Shown here: one piece after another, positions 18,310 to 26,640 of the stretch
Layout of the letters: every line of letters begins with the position of its first letter
How positions within the stretch are numbered: the first letter of the stretch is position 1
Assembly (NCBI RefSeq): GCF_000621645.1
Contig: NZ_JHXR01000018.1
Span: 30,001-62,000 of the forward strand
DNA: 32,000 nt
Origin: Vibrio cholerae ATCC 14035
GTDB lineage: Bacteria > Pseudomonadota > Gammaproteobacteria > Enterobacterales > Vibrionaceae
Direction: 5' to 3'
Position numbers and translations under genes: made by a program
The notes under the pieces: generated by a model
What the model was told of the DNA's origin: nothing
The model's input: the letters and a program-made list of their open reading frames with translations, nothing else
Databases searched by the model: none

Positions 18310-21114
18310 CTAGTGCGCCTGCTCCCAGTTGTCGCCGTGGCCGGCTTCGGCCACTAAAGGTACTGCAAGCTCGGCCGCTGACTCCATCAGCTGTTGTACT
18401 TTACTTTCAATTTCGGATAAAGATGACTCTTTAACTTCAAAGACCAATTCATCGTGTACTTGCATCAGCAATTTGACTCGGCCATCACCTTCCCGCTCAA
18501 TCCACTCATCCACCAACAACATGGCTTTTTTGATGATGTCTGCCGCGGTGCCTTGCATCGGTGCGTTGATCGCTGCCCGCTCAGCCGCTTTGCGACGCAT
18601 AGCGTTACGTGAGGTGATTTCCGGCAAATGTAAGCGACGACCGAAGATGGTTTCGACATAACCCAATTGTGCAGCACGGCTACGCGTATCTTCCATGTAC
18701 TGCATCACGCCGGGATAACGCTCAAAGTATTTATCCATATACTCTTGTGCTTCACCGCGTGGAATACCGAGCTGTTTTGCCAGACCAAACGCACTCATGC
18801 CGTAGATCAAACCAAAGTTCACCGCTTTCGCTCGGCGACGCTGCTCACTGCTCACTTGATCAATCGGCACACCAATGATTTCTGCTGCTGTCGCCGCATG
18901 GATATCTTTCCCATCACGGAAAGCATCCAATAACGCCTGATCGCCCGACAGGTGCGCCATGATGCGCAGCTCGATTTGCGAGTAGTCGACCGCCATGATT
19001 TTCCAACCATGCGGAGCAACAAACGCTTGGCGAATACGGCGTCCTTCTTCATTACGCACTGGAATGTTCTGCAAGTTAGGATCAGTGGAGGAGAGACGCC
19101 CAGTGGCCGTCACTGCTTGATGATAGGAAGTATGCACGCGCCCTGTACTTGGGTTAATCATCTTCGGCAACTTATCGGTATAGGTCGATTTGAGTTTGGC
19201 CAGACCGCGGTACTCAATCAGAACCTTGGGCAGTGGGTAATCCAAAGCCAGCTCTTGCAACACTTCTTCATTGGTTGAAGGGGTACCGGATGGCGTTTTT
19301 TGCAAGACAGGCAGCTTCATCTGCTCAAACAAAATGGTTTGTAGCTGCTTCGGCGAGCTTAAGTTGAACGGCTGACCTGCCAACTCATAAGCATTTTGTT
19401 CTAATTGATCTAAACGTAACGCAATTTCTTGCGATTGGGCACTGAGCAGCATGTCGTCGATCATCACGCCCGTACGTTCAATACGTGATAGCACAGGTAC
19501 CAGCGGCATTTCGATTTCGCGATACACTTGCTCAAGCTTAGCGTCTTGCTCAATCAACGGATGAATTCGCTGATGCAGACGCAACGTCACATCCGCATCT
19601 TCTGCCGCGTATTGTGCCGCTTCTTCTAAAGCGATTTGGTTAAAGGTGAGCTGGTTCTTACCCTTACCTGCCACTTGTTCAAACGAGATACAGCTGTGCT
19701 GTAAAAAACGCAGCGCTAAACTATCCATATCATGTTTGCCGCCCACGCTGTTATAGACGTAGGATTGCAGCATAGTGTCATGGCGAATACCACGCAGCTC
19801 AACGCCGTAGCGCGCCATCACGCTCGCATCGTATTTGAGGTTTTGGCCCACTTTGGCTTTGCTTTCATCTTCAAGCAGAGGTTTTAGCTGGGCAATCACC
19901 CAGTCGCGCTCCAACTGCTGCGGCGCATCCAGATAATCGTGCGCAACTGGCAGATAAGCCGCTTCACCTTCGGCAACTGCAAACGACATCCCCACCAAAT
20001 TGGCGACCATGTAATCAAGGTTGTCGGTTTCCGTATCAAAGGCAAACAGCTCGGCTTGTTTTAACTTCTCTAACCAAAGCTGGAAGTCTTGTTCGTTTAG
20101 GATGGTTTGATACTGGCTGCGATCGATGTGGGCCGCAGGGCTTTCAGGAATCGCAGCCGCATGAGTTGCTGCGGTTGAAACAGTAACTGAAGAGGTTTTC
20201 GTTTGCTCGTCCGCCGTCACAATACCTGTACCACCATCAAGCAATTCGGTCAGCCAAGATTTAAAGGTGAGCTTACCGTAGAGCGACATCAACGCATCTC
20301 GATCTGGCGTTTGCTTTAGCAGGGTTTGCGGAGATTCCTCAAGCTCGACATCACATTTGATGGTGGCGAGTTGATAAGAAAGCTTGGCATTACCGCGGTT
20401 CTCTTCCAGCTTTTGTGCCATGGTTTTTGAGCCACGGAAGCCTAAAGCAGCGATTTTATCGAGGTTGGCGTACAGCGCTTCTAAGCCGCCAATCCCTTGC
20501 AAAAGTGCGGTCGCGGTTTTTTCACCCACCCCAGGTACGCCCGGAATGTTATCCACTTTATCACCCATCAAGGCGAGGTAGTCGATAATAAGCTCTGGCG
20601 GGATACCGAATTTTTCAATCACACCTTCGCGATCCAGCACGACGTTGGTCATGGTATTGATCAGGGTAATATTATCATCCACCAACTGCGCCATATCTTT
20701 ATCGCCGGTACTGATCAAAACAGGCATACCAGCTTGTGAGGCTTGGCGCGCCAACGTACCAATCACATCGTCAGCTTCTACACCTTCAATCGCCAACAGC
20801 GGTAAACCCATAGCGCGAATAACTTGGTGTAAAGGTTCAACCTGACAGCGCAACTCATCTGGCATAGGAGGACGATGAGCCTTGTATTGATCGTACATCT
20901 CATCACGGAAGGTTTTTCCCTTGGCATCAAAAATCACCGCCATGCGATCCGAAGCGAACTGGCGCATCATGCTGCGAATCATGTTTACCACACCATAGAT
21001 GGCGTTGGTTGGGATTTCACCATTACTCATGGTGCCCGGGTAAGCATGAAATGCGCGATAAAGGTAAGAGGAGCCGTCGATCAAAATCAATGGATTGTCA
21101 GGTATATGAGCCAT
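18310..21114 (-). CDS. polA: DNA polymerase I
   Basis: From ATG 21114: [25 protein letters not shown] (E. coli [25 protein letters not shown]). It is colinear with E. coli Pol I through all three domains (5'-nuclease, 3'-5' exonuclease, polymerase) to ...GDNWEQAH. Length 934 aa. Confidence 0.97.
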   Translation of the reverse strand: MAHIPDNPLILIDGSSYLYRAFHAYPGTMSNGEIPTNAIYGVVNMIRSMMRQFASDRMAVIFDAKGKTFRDEMYDQYKAHRPPMPDELRCQVEPLHQVIRAMGLPLLAIEGVEADDVIGTLARQASQAGMPVLISTGDKDMAQLVDDNITLINTMTNVVLDREGVIEKFGIPPELIIDYLALMGDKVDNIPGVPGVGEKTATALLQGIGGLEALYANLDKIAALGFRGSKTMAQKLEENRGNAKLSYQLATIKCDVELEESPQTLLKQTPDRDALMSLYGKLTFKSWLTELLDGGTGIVTADEQTKTSSVTVSTAATHAAAIPESPAAHIDRSQYQTILNEQDFQLWLEKLKQAELFAFDTETDNLDYMVANLVGMSFAVAEGEAAYLPVAHDYLDAPQQLERDWVIAQLKPLLEDESKAKVGQNLKYDASVMARYGVELRGIRHDTMLQSYVYNSVGGKHDMDSLALRFLQHSCISFEQVAGKGKNQLTFNQIALEEAAQYAAEDADVTLRLHQRIHPLIEQDAKLEQVYREIEMPLVPVLSRIERTGVMIDDMLLSAQSQEIALRLDQLEQNAYELAGQPFNLSSPKQLQTILFEQMKLPVLQKTPSGTPSTNEEVLQELALDYPLPKVLIEYRGLAKLKSTYTDKLPKMINPSTGRVHTSYHQAVTATGRLSSTDPNLQNIPVRNEEGRRIRQAFVAPHGWKIMAVDYSQIELRIMAHLSGDQALLDAFRDGKDIHAATAAEIIGVPIDQVSSEQRRRAKAVNFGLIYGMSAFGLAKQLGIPRGEAQEYMDKYFERYPGVMQYMEDTRSRAAQLGYVETIFGRRLHLPEITSRNAMRRKAAERAAINAPMQGTAADIIKKAMLLVDEWIEREGDGRVKLLMQVHDELVFEVKESSLSEIESKVQQLMESAAELAVPLVAEAGHGDNWEQAH

Positions 21115-21121
21115 AGAAGGA

Positions 21122-21506
21122 TTATCCAAACGTAAGTAAATGAGCCTAGGATGCCACGACTAATGCTTGGATTCCATGTTGTTACCGTTTTTGGCTCATT
21201 CAGGGGATATCCGACCCACTTATCCAACCCTACATTCTGTGGATAACTCTGTTTATAGATTTATTTATGTCGATTTAAAACCGATAAATTTACTGCATGA
21301 TTAATTTTTAAGTTAATGTTTTTAAACAATAAAAAAAAGGATCGACTGAAAATAAAATGATCTTTTGCGGATCGTAAATTGTGGAAAAGACACTCGCTGC
21401 CCTTTTGCTCACTCTGCTTACGTGATGGATTGGCCAGTGGATGAGTGCAGTGAAACTTCATACTTGTCCACTCATTGCTGGGATAATATTAAGCTTCAGT
21501 GGATAA
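21122..21506. promoter_or_regulatory. DnaA-box cluster A with an AT-rich tract and GATC sites (polA upstream region)
   Basis: Matches to TTATCCACA: 21122 TTATCCAAA (8/9), 21220 TTATCCAAC (7/9), 21238 TGTGGATAA (9/9, reverse), 21380 TGTGGAAAA (8/9, reverse), 21436 AGTGGATGA (7/9, reverse), 21464 TTGTCCACT (7/9), 21478 CTGGGATAA (7/9, reverse), 21498 AGTGGATAA (8/9, reverse). GATC sites at 21340, 21359 and 21370. Positions 21250-21360 are very AT-rich. Confidence 0.55.
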
Positions 21507-21537
21507 CTTCATGAGCGAGAGCGAGAACCATAACATA

Positions 21538-21758
21538 AAAAGAAAAAGCGACACCCGAAGATGTCGCCTAGCAAACGAGGTCAAAGCCAATTTTTTGATT
21601 CGCTTTACCAAAAAGCTAAAAATTACACTGGAAGCAATGTGAGCAATGTCGTGTCAAAAAGAACCTGCTCAAGTTCGGCCGTTTCGCTACCGCATATCGA
21701 TGACTCGATAAAGGGTGACTTAACGTCCTGGTGAACCTTCACTTGTTCCCTAAGACGT
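21538..21758 (-). ncRNA. ryhB: RyhB sRNA (long Vibrio form, about 215-220 nt)
   Basis: Minus strand 21653-21622 reads CACGACATTGCTCACATTGCTTCCAGTGTAAT. Of this, 27 nt are identical to the E. coli RyhB core (CACGACAUUGCUCACAUUGCUUCCAGU). Terminator: GCGACA-tcttcggg-TGTCGC plus TTTTTCTTTTT (21567-21537). Promoter: TTGACT (21791-21786), N16, TATTAT (21769-21764). It lies next to a yhhY-like GNAT gene as in E. coli. Ends are accurate to about 5 nt. Confidence 0.88.
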
Positions 21759-21763
21759 GGTTA

Positions 21764-21784
21764 ATAATAATAGTTCTCATTTAA
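21764..21784 (-). promoter_or_regulatory. Fur box overlapping the ryhB promoter
   Basis: Minus strand TTAAATGAGAACTATTATT lies between the -35 and -10 elements. By hand alignment it matches GATAATGATAATCATTATC at 12/19 positions. Fur repression of ryhB is established. Confidence 0.5.
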
Positions 21785-21796
21785 TAGTCAACACCC

Positions 21797-21824
21797 AAAT
21801 GAGAAAAAATCTCATTTATTTTTT
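21797..21824. terminator. Hairpin abutting the GNAT stop codon (terminator-like; the T-tract is on the plus strand)
   Basis: AAATGAGA-aaaaa-TCTCATTT followed by ATTTTTT on the plus strand. On the minus strand it follows the GNAT stop directly but lacks a U-tract. Confidence 0.4.
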
Positions 21825-22254
21825 AGAGCACTTTAACAAAGTGGATTCGGCTCTCGATGATGGATTCCTTTTTCTCATAATCCTCAATGAGATAACCATT
21901 TTTTATCAACAACCGTAACATGGCGGGAAACTGATTACGCGATTTCACTTTGATACGTTGATACCCCTGCTCTAACGCCCATTTTTCTTGCACGTCAAGT
22001 AAGCGCTGCGCGACACCATGCCCTCGTGCGGCAGGAGTCACACCACCAAACCAGCTGTAGAACGTTTTATTATCGAGCTCGTAACCCATTTTAAAACCTA
22101 GCAATTCGCTCTCATTTTCTGCAACGAGCACTAAGCAAGTCTTATCGTTCAGCCTAGCTTGTAAGCTCTGTTCCGTCTCTTTCTGCGCAAACTCATGAAT
22201 TTTTTCAACGATTTGTACAATTTCACTCAGGGAACCTTCACGAATTAACATCAT
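21823..22254 (-). CDS. GNAT-family N-acetyltransferase (YhhY-like by position next to ryhB)
   Basis: 143 aa. It carries the acetyl-CoA binding motif region TPAARGHGVAQRLL (Q/RxxGxG/A type) on a GNAT fold-length protein. Confidence 0.85.
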   Translation of the reverse strand: MMLIREGSLSEIVQIVEKIHEFAQKETEQSLQARLNDKTCLVLVAENESELLGFKMGYELDNKTFYSWFGGVTPAARGHGVAQRLLDVQEKWALEQGYQRIKVKSRNQFPAMLRLLIKNGYLIEDYEKKESIIESRIHFVKVL

Positions 22255-22300
22255 TTTTCCTCAAACAATCGCCATCGCTAAAAACAGTGGTTTAGAGATG

Positions 22301-22327
22301 TTAAAAAGGCTGACTTACGTCAGCCTT
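22301..22327 (-). terminator. Intrinsic terminator of hemB
   Basis: Minus strand: AAGGCTGAC-gtaa-GTCAGCCTT followed by TTTTAA. Confidence 0.65.
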
Positions 22328-22357
22328 GAGCTTTGCTTTATTAGCGCGGTGTATTCT

Positions 22358-23422
<1,065 letters not shown>

Positions 23423-23577
23423 TCAGTGCCTGAAAAATCAGGTGCTGAGGGAAGTGCTGGGCAAAATCATATCACTCTCGGCTCGGCATGCTAGCGGCAA
23501 AGCAGGAAAAAGCCAAAAATGACCTCGTGCTCACACTCACGTATACTCGCCACAAAACCGAATGTTGAGATGATCCG

Positions 23578-24345
23578 ATGATTGATACCCATGCCCACGT
23601 TTATGCCAGTGAATTTGACCATGACCGCGATGAGGTGATCGCTCGCGCTAGACAAGTCGGTATTGAAAAAATCTTGATGCCTAATATTGACCTCAATTCC
23701 ATTGCGCCCATGTTGGCAACAGAAAAAGCCTACCCAGATCTTTGCCATTCGATGATGGGACTCCACCCTTGCTATGTGGATGCCAATGTAAAACAGACTT
23801 TAGCGACCATTTATGAGTGGTTTTCTCGCCACACTTTTATTGCCGTGGGCGAAATCGGTATCGACCTATATTGGGATAAGACTTTTAAAGCCGAACAAGA
23901 AATGGCGTTTTTAACCCAACTCAACTGGGCAAAAGAGCTGGATTTGCCCGTGGTCATTCACACCCGAGATTCGCTCAACGAGACATTAGCATTACTCAAG
24001 CAAGCGCAAGATGGTCGCTTACGCGGTGTTTTTCACTGCTTTGGCGGCAGTGTCGACGAGGCAAAAGCGATCAATGATCTTGGTTTTCATCTCGGCATTG
24101 GCGGAGTCAGTACTTTTAAAAATAGCGGCATGGATCAAGTGATCCCGCAACTCGATCTCAACTACGTGATTTTAGAAACGGACTGTCCCTATTTAGCCCC
24201 CGTCCCCCACCGTGGAAAACGTAATGAACCTATGTTAACCCATCTCATCAGTGAGAAAGTTGCACAGCTTCGTTCACTCCCTCTCGGCGAGGTTATCAAA
24301 ATTACCAACAACAATTCTAAGGCATTGTTTGGACTGGATAAATGA
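23578..24345 (+). CDS. TatD-family metal-dependent hydrolase/DNase
   Basis: 255 aa. MIDTHAHV (HxH motif), EIGIDLYW, VVIHTRD, HCFGG and LETDCPYL are the canonical TatD/YcfH family motifs. Confidence 0.9.
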   Translation: MIDTHAHVYASEFDHDRDEVIARARQVGIEKILMPNIDLNSIAPMLATEKAYPDLCHSMMGLHPCYVDANVKQTLATIYEWFSRHTFIAVGEIGIDLYWDKTFKAEQEMAFLTQLNWAKELDLPVVIHTRDSLNETLALLKQAQDGRLRGVFHCFGGSVDEAKAINDLGFHLGIGGVSTFKNSGMDQVIPQLDLNYVILETDCPYLAPVPHRGKRNEPMLTHLISEKVAQLRSLPLGEVIKITNNNSKALFGLDK

Positions 24346-24436
24346 CAGTTTTATTAATTTAATTTCATAGCATTTTATTGAACCAAGATCACTTTCATTT
24401 CCTATGCAGCAAATGTAATATTCGTAACAATTTTTC

Positions 24437-24577
24437 ATGGTTAACTTATATATTATGCTCAATTGTACTCACACGAATCATTTGCAACGTAAACGGCGCA
24501 CACTGTGGCAAAAGCTGATTGGTATTAAAGAAGTCTACATCTGCAGAGAGTGCGGACATATCATCAAGATCAAATAG
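24437..24577 (+). CDS. Candidate small Cys/His protein (46 aa, or 40 aa from ATG 24455); hypothetical
   Basis: Own translation: MVNLYIMLNCTHTNHLQRKRRTLWQKLIGIKEVYICRECGHIIKIK. It has C-x-H-x2-H ... CxxCxH spacing and a basic middle segment. GC rises relative to the AT-rich flank. There is no convincing SD for either ATG and no clean terminator. Confidence 0.25.
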   Translation: MVNLYIMLNCTHTNHLQRKRRTLWQKLIGIKEVYICRECGHIIKIK

Positions 24578-24762
24578 TGGCTGCTTTGCTGTGAGAGCAT
24601 AGTGGCCTTATTAGCCTCTCTTTTGCACTAAGCTCATCGTCAATCAAGCTTCGATAAGTGAGCGAATGACTTGCCCGTGCAGGTCATTCTGGGTTTGTGC
24701 CTTTCCCCCTTCCTGTGACTTCCCACGAAAGACTCCACTCAAACGTTCAATTGCGCTGCAGT

Positions 24763-25025
24763 GATCCGATTTTAGATCGCACTCGGGATCTCGTTGCGCA
24801 AATCTACCTGTGGATAACTCTGTGATAAATTTCTTTATTCACTGTCATCAAACCGCCTATTTCAAGGCTTTATTACAATTCATCGATTGGGGATACTTTC
24901 AAAATTACCCACAGCAAAATCAGGATCATCGCTACATATTGTGGATCGAAAATCACAAAACCACTTTATCAACGCAATTCACAGGATTACCCACAGGTGC
25001 TGTCATTTTAATCACAAGTGGATAA
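24763..25025. promoter_or_regulatory. DnaA-box cluster B preceded by three 12-bp-phased GATC sites (upstream of glpE)
   Basis: GATC sites at 24763, 24775 and 24787 (exact 12-bp spacing), then 24924 and 24944. DnaA boxes: 24809 TGTGGATAA (9/9, reverse), 24905 TTACCCACA (8/9), 24940 TGTGGATCG (7/9, reverse), 24966 TTATCAACG (7/9), 24987 TTACCCACA (8/9), 25017 AGTGGATAA (8/9, reverse). Confidence 0.55.
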
Positions 25026-25105
25026 CCCTACTCTTGTCCAGTACTTGTCTAAACTTGAATAGGTTACAATTAGCCCGATTCGGCATGCCAAATGAGAGCA
25101 AACCT

Positions 25106-25426
25106 ATGGACCATTTTTTACACATCGACGTTAATGCAGCACAAGCCATGATGGAGCAGAAACAGGCTCATTTAGTCGATATTCGCGACCCACAATCTTT
25201 TCAACTCGCTCATGCTAAAAACGCTTACCACCTGACAAACCAGTCTATGGTGCAATTCATGGAACAAGCTGAGTTTGATCAGCCGGTTTTAGTCATGTGT
25301 TATCACGGCATAAGTAGCCAAGGCGCAGCCCAATATCTGGTTAACCAAGGATTTGAAGAGGTGTATAGTGTCGATGGCGGCTTTGAAGCCTGGCATCGTG
25401 CCAATCTCCCCATCGAAGCGAGTTAA
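25106..25426 (+). CDS. glpE: Thiosulfate sulfurtransferase (rhodanese) GlpE
   Basis: 106 aa from ATG 25106: [32 protein letters not shown].... It has the rhodanese active-site loop CYHGISS, and glpG follows it. The track ORF (179 aa from 24887) is an upstream extension across the DnaA-box array. Confidence 0.9.
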
Positions 25427-25432
25427 GGACTA

Positions 25433-26266
25433 ATGCATTTACTGACCACTTTTAACAATCCGCGTGCGGCACAAGCTTTTATCGATTACATGGCCGCCCA
25501 CCACATTGAAATTCAGATGATGCCGGATGCAGGTGGTCAGTTCACTCTTTGGGTAATCCAAGATCAACACATCGAAACCGCACAAGCTGAACTCGCGCTG
25601 TTTTTAGAGAACCCTTATGCGGAAAAATACCAAGCCGCCTCATGGGAAGTCGCTGATCAAAAGCGCCCCCAATTTCATTACGCATCGCCCAATTTACTCA
25701 GTCTGATTAAAGCCAAAGCTGGAGTGTTTACGCTGTTTATTATGGCGCTATGCATCATCATCTTTACTCTGCAAACGTTTGGTGCGGGAGATGAGGTGTT
25801 TAATGCATTACATTTTCCCGCTCTTGCTGGCCAGCAATGGCAAATTTGGCGCTGGGTTAGTCATGCTTTACTGCACTTTTCCGTCATGCATATTGCCTTT
25901 AACTTACTCTGGTGGTGGCAATTTGGGGGCGATCTTGAACAGCGCCTTGGCAGTGTCAGACTGATTAAGCTGTTTGTGGTGTCCGCGATTATCTCTGGAG
26001 CTGGTCAATACTGGGTTGAAGGCGCGAATTTTGGAGGCCTATCCGGTGTTGTCTATGCTTTGGCTGGGTATCTGTGGATTCTTGGTCAGCGCGCCCCCCA
26101 ACTGGGTTTATCCATTCCAAGATCCTTGATGGGCTTTATGCTGATCTGGTTAGTGTTAGGTTATGTGCAGCCGTTTATGGCGATTGCCAATACCGCTCAT
26201 TTAGCTGGCTTAATCAGCGGTGTCGTACTGGCATGGTTCGACAGCCAGCGCGACCAGCAAGCTTAA
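25433..26266 (+). CDS. glpG: Rhomboid intramembrane serine protease GlpG
   Basis: 277 aa. N-terminus MHLLTTFNNPRAAQAFIDYM matches E. coli [20 protein letters not shown]. It also has HALLHFSVMHIAFNLLWWW, the catalytic GGLSGVVYAL serine and the AHLAG histidine. Confidence 0.92.
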   Translation: MHLLTTFNNPRAAQAFIDYMAAHHIEIQMMPDAGGQFTLWVIQDQHIETAQAELALFLENPYAEKYQAASWEVADQKRPQFHYASPNLLSLIKAKAGVFTLFIMALCIIIFTLQTFGAGDEVFNALHFPALAGQQWQIWRWVSHALLHFSVMHIAFNLLWWWQFGGDLEQRLGSVRLIKLFVVSAIISGAGQYWVEGANFGGLSGVVYALAGYLWILGQRAPQLGLSIPRSLMGFMLIWLVLGYVQPFMAIANTAHLAGLISGVVLAWFDSQRDQQA

Positions 26267-26461
26267 GCATTTCCTCCTTTCTTGCGCCGCTTCTCTTTGA
26301 GTCGCGATCACGGTCAGCACGTATGCTGATCGTAAAACGGCTCACCGACTTGTACTAATCACCCAACCTCTGCTATGAGTTAGTATCGAATGTGCAACAT
26401 AATGCTTGTCAGTTCTGTGCTGTCCTGACTGCGTTGTGCCTTAGTGTTGCCATAAGATCAC

Positions 26462-26476
26462 GCGATCAATGATCGC
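26462..26476. promoter_or_regulatory. 15-bp perfect palindrome carrying clustered GATC sites (operator-like), about 165 bp upstream of the chemoreceptor gene
   Basis: GCGATCA-a-TGATCGC. GATC sites at 26456, 26464 and 26471, i.e. three within 19 bp. Confidence 0.3.
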
Positions 26477-26640
26477 ATGCCCTAACAACTTGCTGCGACG
26501 GCAGAGGGCCAGTGAGACCATCGTTACAAGCATAGATAAACTCTGTGACTGGACGAAACGAACACGGCATCCAGCGTGACCGCTTCAAGTAGAAAAGGGA
26601 AATAAAAACATCAGTTGGTCCCATCCAAGGAGAGCAGGTT

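Noticed and set aside
21261-21461. 66-aa minus-strand ORF in the polA-ryhB spacer
   Set aside because: It is an AT-rich, low-complexity translation (…FFLLFKNINLKINH…) with no SD, and it spans the DnaA-box/AT-rich tract. A non-coding reading explains the sequence better.
21511-21642. 43-aa plus-strand ORF (MSESENHNIKRKSDTRRCRLANEVK...)
   Set aside because: It is exactly antisense to the RyhB core and terminator, has no SD, and is explained by the sRNA on the other strand.
21774-21817. Three mutually complementary segments (TTCTCATTT / AAATGAGAA / TCTCATTT + T-run) that look like an antiterminator/terminator switch on the plus strand
   Set aside because: There is no downstream plus-strand gene to regulate. 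The elements are accounted for by the hairpin at the GNAT stop codon and by the Fur-box/-35 region of the minus-strand ryhB promoter.
24664-24715. Hairpin GAATGAC-N12-GTCATTC followed by the pyrimidine tract CCTTTCCCCCTTCCTG (anti-SD-like, possible sRNA seed). The minus strand has AGGAAGGGGGAAAGG followed by a 15-aa ORF.
   Set aside because: I could find no promoter or U-tract terminator defining a transcript. The SD-to-ATG spacing is too long on the minus strand and the 15-aa ORF has no downstream gene. The evidence is insufficient to call anything.
24763-25025. Cluster B as a functional second replication origin
   Set aside because: There is no adjacent AT-rich unwinding element or 13-mer set (the left flank is GC-balanced and the AT-rich tract at 24345-24455 is 300 bp away). 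It is therefore reported only as a DnaA-binding or regulatory candidate.
24810-25105. 71-aa GTG-start ORF (24810-25025) and the 73-aa N-terminal extension of glpE from 24887
   Set aside because: GlpE homology starts at ATG 25106 (106 aa, the normal size). The upstream frames run through the DnaA-box array, start inside a DnaA box, and have no SD or recognisable protein features.
26262-26330. Strong AAGGAGG followed by an ATG on the minus strand just after the glpG stop (18-aa ORF antisense to the glpG 3' end)
   Set aside because: The ORF is tiny, wholly antisense to a conserved gene end, and has no promoter evidence. It is most likely chance.
26456-26476. GATC-containing repeats as RctB iterons or a crtS-like chromosome-2 control site
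   Set aside because: The half-sites read TGATCG rather than the TGATCA-type iteron core I recall. There is only one palindrome and no 39-mer-like element, and crtS is reported elsewhere on chromosome 1.
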